NCBI GenBank assembly: GCA_049698775.1
Contig: JBAVYM010000009.1
Location: forward strand, 5,020 to 69,019
DNA from: Gammaproteobacteria bacterium
GTDB lineage: Bacteria; Pseudomonadota; Gammaproteobacteria; Natronospirales; REEB76
Length of the DNA stretch: 64,000 bases
Direction: 5' to 3'
Shown: piece by piece, positions 18,587 through 25,242 of the stretch
How positions within the stretch are numbered: position 1 is the stretch's first letter
Layout of the letters: every line of letters starts with the position of its first letter
Notes under the pieces: generated by a model
Told to the model about the DNA's origin: nothing
Databases searched by the model: none
Seen by the model: only the letters and a program-made list of their open reading frames with translations
Translations under genes and position numbers: made by a program

Positions 18587-19228
18587 TCAGACTGCATCCC
18601 AGAAAAAACGGCCAATTGAAAAACTGGCGATCTCAATGCGATCACCCGGCAACAGCGGCCCTACGCCAGCCGGCGTGCCGGTATAGATCAGATCGCCCGG
18701 CAACAGCCGCCAGTAATGGCTTAGAAATGCAACGATCTCCGCCACCGGAAACAGCATGTCACGGGTGTTGCCCTGCTGGCGCAGTACGTCATTCACACGG
18801 CACTGCATATCAATGTTCTGTATATCCAGATTCGCCGGCCACGCAACGAGATTTCCGATCACCGCGCTGCCGTCGAAAGATTTGGACAACTCCCAGGGCT
18901 GGCCCGCCTGTTTCAGCTTAGCTTGCAGTTCCCGCAACGTGAGATCAATTCCGAGTGTCACACCGGCCACATGATCAAGCGCGTCGCCGGCTGAAATTTC
19001 TTTTCCCTCGCGCCCGATGGCCACTACCAGCTCCAGCTCGTGATGTACGCTGCCCTGGTCTTTGGGCAGCTTCAGAGGCTCGCCGACTGCCACCAGACTG
19101 GTTGCAGGTTTCATGAACACCACCGGCTGCGCCGGTTTCGGCGCGCCCATCTCCTTCGCATGCTCGGCATAATTGCGGCCGATACAGAATATACGTGGTG
19201 GAACTACAGGATGGCTCATATCAGTCAT
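18587..19228 (-). CDS. Fumarylacetoacetate hydrolase (FAH) family protein
   Basis: RIFCIGRNYAEHAKEMG...VVFMKPATSLV...HHELELVVAIG...GVTLGIDLTLRELQ...PWELSKSFDGSA...GDLIYTGTPAGVGPL. Confidence 0.9.
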   Translation of the reverse strand: MTDMSHPVVPPRIFCIGRNYAEHAKEMGAPKPAQPVVFMKPATSLVAVGEPLKLPKDQGSVHHELELVVAIGREGKEISAGDALDHVAGVTLGIDLTLRELQAKLKQAGQPWELSKSFDGSAVIGNLVAWPANLDIQNIDMQCRVNDVLRQQGNTRDMLFPVAEIVAFLSHYWRLLPGDLIYTGTPAGVGPLLPGDRIEIASFSIGRFFWDAV

Positions 19229-19276
19229 GTCTGCGTGTTTACCTGATTCAAATCCGGCAATACGCAGGAGTCAATC

Positions 19277-19591
19277 TCACAAACGATCCAGCGGGCTGAG
19301 CACGCCTTTACCACCCTTGTTCATCACGTGCGTATATATCATGGTGGTGCTCACATCCTTGTGTCCCAGCAATTCCTGCACCGTGCGGATATCGTAACCC
19401 GCCTGCAAGAGATGTGTGGCAAAGGAATGCCGCAGGACATGCAGCGTCTGCGGTTTAAATCCGTCACCGATGTACGGCAGCGCCCGATCCAAGATCACGT
19501 ACCTGGAAAAATCCAGGTACGCCTTCTCGGTGAAGGCCTTCAGCGGCTGGCGCTCGGCGCCTGCGACGGCAAGGATGGACGTATTACTCAT
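19277..19591 (-). pseudogene. Chimeric ORF: topoisomerase IV subunit A (ParC) N-terminal ~48 codons fused in frame to the last ~56 codons of an integron integrase (IntI)
   Basis: N-part [36 protein letters not shown], compared with E. coli ParC ERLALHEFTENAYLNYSMYVIMDRALPFIGDGLKP. C-part [52 protein letters not shown] is the IntI/tyrosine-recombinase box II with catalytic Tyr. Junction ~19441-19450. Confidence 0.75.
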
Positions 19592-19755
19592 GGCTTAACC
19601 CGCGGACAATGCCGGAACCGCGCTATCACGCGGCTTGCGGGCGTCATGATACCGGGTGAAAGCGCCAGTTGTAACAGGGCGTATGCAGAGGCAGAGTTTC
19701 TCTAGGTCGTGCACTGACCTCACGATTCAAACCTCCGCCATGCTAAACTCTTTGA

Positions 19756-19944
19756 ATGAAGGTCAGGGAACTTGTGACCTTGATTGAGAAGGACGGCTGG
19801 AAGCAGGTTCGCCAGAAAGGCAGCCACCGGCAATTTCACCACGTTTCCAAACCCGGCACGGTTACAATCTCAGGCAATCCGGGAGTTGATGTTCCACCGG
19901 GAACATTAAACAGCGTTTTGAAACAGGCCGGCCTTAAAAAGTAG
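19756..19944 (+). CDS. hicA: HicA-family mRNA interferase toxin
   Basis: MKVRELVTLIEKDGWKQVRQKGSHRQFHHVSKPGTVTISGNPGVDVPPGTLNSVLKQAGL. Confidence 0.85.
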   Translation: MKVRELVTLIEKDGWKQVRQKGSHRQFHHVSKPGTVTISGNPGVDVPPGTLNSVLKQAGLKK

Positions 19945-19953
19945 GTGATTCCT

Positions 19954-20172
19954 ATGCGATACATGGTTGTGGTTGAAGAAGGACCATCCAGCTTCGGTGC
20001 CTATGTACCGGATCTTCCGGGCTGCGTGGCCGTCGGAAAATCGCAACAGGAAGTCCTGAAACTTATCCAAGAAGCGATTGAGTTCCACCTGGAAGGAATC
20101 ATGGAGAAAGGGAAATCCATGCCTACACCGCATTCATCCAGCATCTTCGTTGAGATTCATCCAACACAGTAA
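19954..20172 (+). CDS. hicB: HicB-family antitoxin
   Basis: MRYMVVVEEGPSSFGAYVPDLPGCVAVGKSQQEVLKLIQEAIEFHLEGIMEKG. ATG 19954 is preceded by aggtga, and the ORF track starts at GTG 19945. Confidence 0.8.
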   Translation: MRYMVVVEEGPSSFGAYVPDLPGCVAVGKSQQEVLKLIQEAIEFHLEGIMEKGKSMPTPHSSSIFVEIHPTQ

Positions 20173-20315
20173 AATGTAGTGTCTGTTGATTGTTCCCGCG
20201 CATACCAGTGCACGGGAACCAAATTACGATTCTTTGCGCCCACGGTATGCATGGAGTTCATTCAAGAGCAGTCCGGTAACAGTTCGTCCGCAGAAATCTG
20301 GCGCGAACTCGCCTT

Positions 20316-20552
20316 TCATTTCATGGCGGAGTGCGGAACAGCTTTGCGCTCTGCTGCCGGGTGAGTCAGAAACCGTTCCACCTCGGCAGCACCCAGTTCG
20401 CGTGGATACCGCTTGCCGTGGAACAGAATAAATCGCCTGGCCCAATCCACATAAGCATCTTCCGTCCGGATGCTGTAATGCCTGAGCCGGATTGCTTCTC
20501 GAATCTGGTCGAGCAGCTTGAGTGGCTTGGAGACAGTGGTTGGAGAATCCAT
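20316..20552 (-). pseudogene. intI: Integron integrase N-terminal fragment (~65 IntI-like codons, then divergence and stop)
   Basis: LLDQIREAIRLRHYSIRTEDAYVDWARRFILFHGKRYPRELGAAEVERFLTH is the conserved IntI N-terminus. Divergently oriented to the cassette array. Confidence 0.85.
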
Positions 20553-20629
20553 ACGGAAGATTTTAGGCCGCCCTAAAATTCAAATCAAACGGTAAATTGG
20601 CACGAGATGTAGAGCCCGACCTGCTTTTG

Positions 20630-20659
20630 TTGACATTAGACGACAAAGCTCACTAAAAT
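20630..20659 (+). promoter_or_regulatory. Candidate cassette promoter (Pc-like), sigma-70 type
   Basis: TTGACA (20630-20635), 18-nt spacer, TAAAAT (20654-20659), reading toward attI and the cassettes. Confidence 0.55.
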
Positions 20660-20676
20660 CTCTCGGTCTAATTCAA

Positions 20677-20683
20677 GTTAGGC
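20677..20683 (+). other. attI core recombination site (GTTAGGC)
   Basis: GTTRRRY match gttaggc between intI and the first cassette ORF. A nearby inverted repeat ttttagg-ccgc-cctaaaa (20564-20581) contains a TTAGGC-like half site. Confidence 0.5.
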
Positions 20684-20742
20684 CGCAAAAAGTATCTGCT
20701 GTCACATGACCACACCTCCGCGTCCCGCAAATAGGCATATCT

Positions 20743-21156
20743 ATGAGTAAAGCTATTGAGAATCTGAAGTCGGCCCAGCAGCGAGCGATGGCTGGTCGTC
20801 CCAAGGTCGGCGGGTTTCCCTACCTTGCGGAAACGCTTCGCAAAGCGGGTGTAACGCGCAACATCTGGTCGCTGCCCGCCTGCCAAAGCTTGTATTTGAC
20901 CGAGCAAGGCCCGGTCGTGACGCAAGGAAGTCCTCTTATCACCGGCATGGAGGACGTACCGTCATTCAATCAAGATGCTCTCATCACAGCACTGCGGACT
21001 GACCAGGCTGGCGAAAGCACTTTCCCAGAGTTCTTGGTGGCCACTTGGAAGGCGGGCGTCGTAAGCTACGACGTGGATTTCAGCAAAAGGACCGTCACCT
21101 ACTACGGGTCGGGCGGAGAAAGTTATGTCGAGTCGTATCCTGCTGCAAAGTTGTAG
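20743..21156 (+). CDS. Cassette 1: DUF1398-family protein
   Basis: FPYLAETLRKAGV...FPEFLVATWKAGVVSYDVDFSKRTVTYYGSGGESYVESYP. Confidence 0.7.
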   Translation: MSKAIENLKSAQQRAMAGRPKVGGFPYLAETLRKAGVTRNIWSLPACQSLYLTEQGPVVTQGSPLITGMEDVPSFNQDALITALRTDQAGESTFPEFLVATWKAGVVSYDVDFSKRTVTYYGSGGESYVESYPAAKL

Positions 21157-21184
21157 GCGCATTGCGATGATCAAGACGGTTGCG

Positions 21185-21196
21185 GCCTAACAATTC
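21185..21196 (+). repeat. attC of cassette 1, left part (R'' gcctaac + aattc), interrupted by the IS
   Basis: gcctaacaattc aligns with ggctaacaactc (attC4) and gcataacagttc (attC2). It continues at 22722. Confidence 0.65.
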
Positions 21197-21538
21197 TGTA
21201 AGAGACTTCCTGTCAACAGTGCGTGCTTGACTCTCTCGTCTTAAGCTTTCAGGCGTTTGCTCGTCATCATCGCGTTGTGCGCCTTGACGGGAGGCGGCAT
21301 TGCCAGTGCGATGCGATGTTCAACGGTGCCAGACTGCATTTCTGTAAACGGTCTTGTTGAGCCGATTCTGTCGGCTCGGACCAAGGTATAAACCGCGCCC
21401 GGAGACCTCGTTCGTCCAGCGGTGTCGCCCGTGACCGGGGATCAACCGGAACACGTGGATGACGACCGGATAGTTAGTCAGGTTCTCTCTGGGTGGGTCT
21501 GACCCGTGACTACCGCTTCGCGCTGACGTAGAACCCAT
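21197..21538 (-). ncRNA. Putative bridge RNA / seekRNA encoded in the IS 3' non-coding arm
   Basis: No credible ORF. Position (downstream of the recombinase) matches IS1111-group guide RNAs. Compared with the paralogous copy at 25243-25497, hairpin 21359-21377 (GAGCC...GGCTC) versus 25402-25420 (GCACC...GGTGC) shows two compensatory pair changes. Internal ttctgtaa (21339-21346) equals core + IS terminus (21194-21201). Exact RNA ends and strand are not determinable from sequence. Confidence 0.5.
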
Positions 21539-22636
21539 TCATATCATGGCAGCGACCGTGCGAGCCTGTTTGCCGGCCGGGCGCTGCACCATGGGGTGCT
21601 TCAGCCAGGCGTCGGCGTCGTAGGCCTCGTCGTGCGCGAGCATCGCCCACAGTTGCCGCGCATGCTTGTTGGCGATAGCCACCAGCACTTTGCCAAATGG
21701 CATCCGGCAGGCCAACTGGCGGATCCAGATCTGCTCGGGCGTGGACTTCTCGGCGCTCACTGCTTGGGCACGCTGCAGGCTGCTGCGTGCGCCCTGGATC
21801 AGCAGCGTGCGCAGGTACGCATCGCCCCGGCAGCTGATGGTGCCAAGGCGCGTGTGCCCGCCACTCGAGTGCTGCGTCGGCACCAAACCGAGCCAGGCCG
21901 CGAGCTGCCGTCCGTTGCGAAAATCCTTGGCTGAGCCGAGAGTCGCGACTGCGGCGTCGGCCGTGAGCGGCCCGATCCCTGTGATGGCGCGCAGCCGCAC
22001 GCAGCGTTCATCGGCCTTGGCGTGCGCTTCAATGCGTGCATCGCAGGCACCGATACGCTCCCGCACCTCGGCCCAGTGCGCACCGAGCTCATTCAGGAGT
22101 TCGTGCGTTTCCGCAGGCAGCGCCGCGAGCTGCTCCGGATTCGCCAGCACACGACGTAGCGCCACCTCGCTCTTCGCCACCACGATCCCGAATTCGGCGA
22201 GCAGTCCGCGCAGGCGGTTGCCGATTGCGAGGCTCTCCACTTTGTAGCCCTCGCGCACCCGGTGCCACGACAGCCGCGCTTGTTGCTCGACGCTCTTCAC
22301 CGGCACAAACCGCATGTTGCCCTGCCGGGCGGCCGTGGCAATCGCCTCGGCATCGCTGCGGTCGTTCTTGGCTGTGCTGTTCTTGCGAAAGGGCTTCACG
22401 AACTGCGCCGCCATCAGCCGCGGCTGCAGGCCATAGTCCAGGCAGCGCCGTGCCCAGTGATGCGCCCCACTGCAGGCCTCCATCGCCACCACCGTACCGC
22501 CCGGTACCTGGGCGAGCCACACGCTAAACGCCTCACGCCCCAAATCCCGCCAGCCCAGTACGCGGCCTGCCGCGTCCACCTCGCACACCGAAAACACGCT
22601 CTTTGCCAAATCCACACCGATGGTTATAGTGTTCAT
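21539..22636 (-). CDS. IS110/IS1111-family DEDD transposase (recombinase), 365 aa
   Basis: MNTITIGVDLAKSVFSV...VVAMEACSGAHHW...KNDRSDAEAIATAA (DEDD RuvC-like), C-terminal Transposase_20 region ITGIGPLTADAAVA...GLVPTQHSSGGHTRLGTISCRGDAYLR. ATG 22636 is preceded by gaggaag. Confidence 0.9.
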   Translation of the reverse strand: MNTITIGVDLAKSVFSVCEVDAAGRVLGWRDLGREAFSVWLAQVPGGTVVAMEACSGAHHWARRCLDYGLQPRLMAAQFVKPFRKNSTAKNDRSDAEAIATAARQGNMRFVPVKSVEQQARLSWHRVREGYKVESLAIGNRLRGLLAEFGIVVAKSEVALRRVLANPEQLAALPAETHELLNELGAHWAEVRERIGACDARIEAHAKADERCVRLRAITGIGPLTADAAVATLGSAKDFRNGRQLAAWLGLVPTQHSSGGHTRLGTISCRGDAYLRTLLIQGARSSLQRAQAVSAEKSTPEQIWIRQLACRMPFGKVLVAIANKHARQLWAMLAHDEAYDADAWLKHPMVQRPAGKQARTVAAMI

Positions 22637-22721
22637 GGAGACTTCCTCTTCTGCTGACGGTTGTATACACACACCATCATGGCCCTCGAGGCCGTAGGGA
22701 GCAGGAAGTCTCTTTTTACTC

Positions 22722-22767
22722 AATCAAGCGGACGCGGTTCCCGCGCCGCTTATTTCAAGCGTTATGC
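22722..22767 (+). repeat. attC of cassette 1, right part (L''-L'-R' gttatgc)
   Basis: aatcaagcgg-a-cgcgg ttc ccgcgccgctt atttcaagc gttatgc, the same architecture as the other attCs. Confidence 0.7.
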
Positions 22768-22785
22768 CCCTCAAGGAGAGTTTCG

Positions 22786-23133
22786 ATGATCCCGCTGCAA
22801 GAGGTTGATGTTCACACCGACAAAAAGGTGTTCTATAAGCTGCATCTTGTCGCACCAACTGGCGCGGCCCCTTTCTCTTCCGAGGTTCTCGTTTACGACT
22901 CCGAGTTCAATCCTGCTTTTGCATCCACCGTGTCGTTTCATCAACATTTCCCAGACGCTGCTGCTGCTTTCGCCCACGCTATCAGTTGGGTCAAAGGTTA
23001 TAGCCATGCCCATGGTTACACCATCAACCGCATCGACAATCCGTGCAATTGCGAGTTTCTTTCGCAAGCCGACCAACAGCAAACCATTAACGCGGCAGGG
23101 TTCACGTTACAGGTGCAGGTAAACGGGGCATAA
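22786..23133 (+). CDS. Cassette 2: hypothetical protein (115 aa), no family recognised
   Basis: Strong RBS aaggagag 6 nt upstream. The ORF fills the cassette and ends inside attC2. Confidence 0.6.
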   Translation: MIPLQEVDVHTDKKVFYKLHLVAPTGAAPFSSEVLVYDSEFNPAFASTVSFHQHFPDAAAAFAHAISWVKGYSHAHGYTINRIDNPCNCEFLSQADQQQTINAAGFTLQVQVNGA

Positions 23134-23183
23134 CAGTTCATTCAAGCGGACGGCTACGCCGCCGCTTAATTCAGGCGTTAGGC
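23128..23183 (+). repeat. attC of cassette 2
   Basis: gcataac agttcattc aagcgg-a-cggc tac gccgccgctt aattcaggc gttaggc (R'' 23128-23134, R' 23177-23183). Confidence 0.8.
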
Positions 23184-23217
23184 CGCGCAAGCCACCGCCT
23201 CAGCAGGGTCGCCCTAT

Positions 23218-23646
23218 ATGAACACCCGGAAGCAGATCGAAGAACATATTGCCACTCAGCCCGAACCAAAACGCGGCGATATGCAAGAACTGCACCGCGT
23301 CATTCTGGCACAAATGCCAAAGTGCAAGTTGTGGTTCCTAGATGGCAAAGACGAACAGGGCAAGGTTGTCTCCAACCCAAACATAGGATACGGACTGCAG
23401 ATCATCAAATATGCCGACGGAAGAACCAAGGACTTCTATCAAATTGGCATGAGCGCAAACACGACAGGAATCTCCATCTACATCCTTGGCATCGAAGACA
23501 AGAAGTATTTGGCCCAAGCGTATGGAAAGGAGCTCGGCAAGGCGAGTGTCACCGGCTATTGCATCAAGTTCAAAAAGCTCAAGGATATAGACACTGACGT
23601 ACTCGTCGCCGCAATACGGTATGGAGTTGAGCAAACAAGCATCTAA
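23218..23646 (+). CDS. Cassette 3: DUF1801 (YdhG-like) domain protein
   Basis: MNTRKQIEEHIATQPEPKRGDMQELHRVILAQMPKCKLWF...GISIYILG...ASVTGYCIKFKKLKDIDTDVLVAAIRYG. Confidence 0.7.
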   Translation: MNTRKQIEEHIATQPEPKRGDMQELHRVILAQMPKCKLWFLDGKDEQGKVVSNPNIGYGLQIIKYADGRTKDFYQIGMSANTTGISIYILGIEDKKYLAQAYGKELGKASVTGYCIKFKKLKDIDTDVLVAAIRYGVEQTSI

Positions 23647-23670
23647 CAACTCGGTCGAGGCACGAGCGCG

Positions 23671-23727
23671 GCCTAACCCCTCGTTCAAGGCGGACGGCTG
23701 CGCCGCCGCTTAACTCCAGCGTTAGCC
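23671..23727 (+). repeat. attC of cassette 3
   Basis: gcctaac ccctcgttc aaggcgg-a-cggc tgc gccgccgctt aactccagc gttagcc. Confidence 0.75.
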
Positions 23728-23750
23728 TCCTTCCAATCATTGGGACACAA

Positions 23751-24659
23751 ATGAAACGCCTTCTTCTCGTTGCATTGCTCGCAATCTCGTTCACGGCCAG
23801 CGCCGTCGTTATTCGTAGCGATGTCAAGGATGCCAAGTATCGAGTTCCGGCTTCGGCATTTCCCGCGCTGGTCGACATGCCTGGTGAGGGACATGGCGTC
23901 CTAATTGCACCTCAGTGGGTCGTAACCGCAGCTCACGCGGCGCCAATGCAAGGCATGGAAGAAGACGTAACTATCGGCGGTGTGGCGCGCAAGGTCAAAC
24001 GTGTCATCACTTATCCGGGCTACAAGAGACTGCCTGACCAGCTGGTCAAGCAGGCCTTGGCATCCGGCGATTTCTCCAAGGCGCATGCATTTCTTGCGTC
24101 GTCCAACGATATCGCGCTGATCGAACTTGTGTCTCCAGTAACGGATGTAGCTCCCGTTCCCCTCTATCGCGGGAACAAAGAGGTGGGGATGACCGTAGAG
24201 CTTGTGGGCAAGGGCGCCACGGGCAATGGCACCGAAGGCCAGGATCCTCACAGCTCGCATCGCACCGTCTTGCGCCGTGCCTTCAACGTGATTGTCGGTG
24301 CCGACGCCCGCTATGTTTGGTATCGTTTTGACCCGCCTCCATCTGCTTTGCCGCTTGAAGGCGCGACGGGAAGCGGCGACAGCGGCGGCCCCTTGCTCAT
24401 CGGAAATGGGAGTTCAAGGCAACTCGTCGGCCTGGCCTCTTGGAGCAAATATCCACCGGGCCATCCATTTTTGAGCAAATATGCACCGGGTCGCCCATTC
24501 GTGGAAGGCCTCTACGGCGAAATCGTGTACGCCGTTCGCATCTCAAGCTACATCCAATGGATAGAAGGCGTGATATCTGTGCCCGCGAGTGCCCGTACTC
24601 GGCTTCAGCCAGCGGAGGCTAACAACTCAATCCAGCGGACGCGCTATGCGCGCCGCTGA
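23751..24659 (+). CDS. Cassette 4: secreted trypsin-like (S1 family) serine protease
   Basis: Signal peptide MKRLLLVALLAISFTASA. Catalytic triad contexts WVVTAAHA (His), NDIALIEL (Asp), GDSGGPLL (Ser). The last ~14 codons are encoded by attC4. Confidence 0.85.
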   Translation: MKRLLLVALLAISFTASAVVIRSDVKDAKYRVPASAFPALVDMPGEGHGVLIAPQWVVTAAHAAPMQGMEEDVTIGGVARKVKRVITYPGYKRLPDQLVKQALASGDFSKAHAFLASSNDIALIELVSPVTDVAPVPLYRGNKEVGMTVELVGKGATGNGTEGQDPHSSHRTVLRRAFNVIVGADARYVWYRFDPPPSALPLEGATGSGDSGGPLLIGNGSSRQLVGLASWSKYPPGHPFLSKYAPGRPFVEGLYGEIVYAVRISSYIQWIEGVISVPASARTRLQPAEANNSIQRTRYARR

Positions 24660-24672
24660 TTTCCAGTTAGCG
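24617..24672 (+). repeat. attC of cassette 4
   Basis: ggctaac aactcaatc cagcgg-a-cgcgc tat gcgcgccgctg atttcca gttagcg. Confidence 0.75.
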
Positions 24673-24690
24673 CCCACAGTAACGTTTCGG

Positions 24691-24719
24691 TTGATACGTA
24701 ACTACATTGTAGTTATAAT
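24691..24719 (+). promoter_or_regulatory. Cassette-internal sigma-70 promoter with palindromic operator for the brnTA cassette
   Basis: TTGATA (24691-24696), 17 nt, TATAAT (24714-24719). The spacer contains a 7-bp-arm palindrome aactaca-t-tgtagtt (24700-24714). Confidence 0.6.
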
Positions 24720-24725
24720 CTGTGC

Positions 24726-25004
24726 ATGACCGAGCTGCGCTTCGAGTGGGATCCGGCCAAGGCCGCCGCAAACATCAAGAAGCATGGCATCGGCTTCGAT
24801 GAAGCCAAGTCCGTGTTTGCTGACGAGCGGGCCAAGCTCATCGCTGATCCGCAGCATTCGGATAACGAGGACCGGTTCGTCCTGCTCGGGCTAAGCACAA
24901 GGCTCAGATTGCTTGTCGTTTGCCACTGTTATCGCAGCAAGAGCAACACGATCCGAATCATTTCGGCCAGAAAGGCTACGGCCACTGAGTCTCGGCAATA
25001 CTGA
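24726..25004 (+). CDS. brnT: Cassette 5: BrnT (DUF497) toxin
   Basis: MTELRFEWDPAKAAANIKKHGIGFDEAKSVFADE...RFVLLGLS...LLVVCHCYR...IRIISARKAT. Confidence 0.85.
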   Translation: MTELRFEWDPAKAAANIKKHGIGFDEAKSVFADERAKLIADPQHSDNEDRFVLLGLSTRLRLLVVCHCYRSKSNTIRIISARKATATESRQY

Positions 25005-25015
25005 TAGGTGCTCCC

Positions 25016-25225
25016 ATGCGCAAAGAATACGATTTCTCCAAAGCCAAGAAGAACCCCTACGCTCCTCAGCTCAAGAAGCAAATCACTATTCGCTTGGACG
25101 GTGATGCGATTGATTACTTCAAGTCAGTTTCGGAGGAGGTCGGGATCCCATACCAGAGCCTGATCAACCTTTACTTGCGAGATTGCGCTGCCACTCACAA
25201 GCAGCTCGACTTGTCGTGGAAGTAA
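25016..25225 (+). CDS. brnA: Cassette 5: BrnA-like (CopG/RHH) antitoxin
   Basis: MRKEYDFSKAKKNPYAPQLKKQITIRLDGDAIDYFKSVSEEVGIPYQSLINLYLRDCA. Confidence 0.8.
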   Translation: MRKEYDFSKAKKNPYAPQLKKQITIRLDGDAIDYFKSVSEEVGIPYQSLINLYLRDCAATHKQLDLSWK

Positions 25226-25242
25226 GCGGGCGCTGACAGTTC

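Larger units (their letters stand above)
21197..22721 (-). mobile_element. IS110-family insertion sequence of the IS1111-attC type (~1.5 kb) inserted in attC1
   Basis: It splits an otherwise contiguous attC. TC occurs at both junctions (21195-21196 and 22720-22721). Perfect 13-bp sub-terminal inverted repeats aagagacttcctg (21200-21212) / caggaagtctctt (22702-22714). DEDD transposase, short 5' arm (~85 nt) and long 3' non-coding arm (342 nt). Confidence 0.85.

Noticed and set aside
20240-20280. attC-like words (gttcattcaag, ggtaacagttc) between hicB and the intI fragment, suggesting hicAB was once a cassette
   Set aside because: The order of the motifs is scrambled relative to the real attCs, and no paired R''/R' or stem can be drawn. 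It may be a relic but cannot be demonstrated.
20597-20612. TGGCAC near the intI fragment as a possible sigma-54 -24 element
   Set aside because: No TTGC-type -12 element at the required spacing (tggcacgagatgtaga).
21320-21538. 72-aa ORF inside the IS 3' arm
   Set aside because: It is not conserved as an ORF in the paralogous copy at 25243-25497, whose substitution pattern instead preserves stems. The RNA interpretation is preferred.
23641-23670. Extra R''-like half site atctaacaactc just upstream of attC3
   Set aside because: It has no matching 3' arm. It could be a remnant of a lost cassette boundary or a chance overlap with the DUF1801 stop region, and the evidence is insufficient to call a site.
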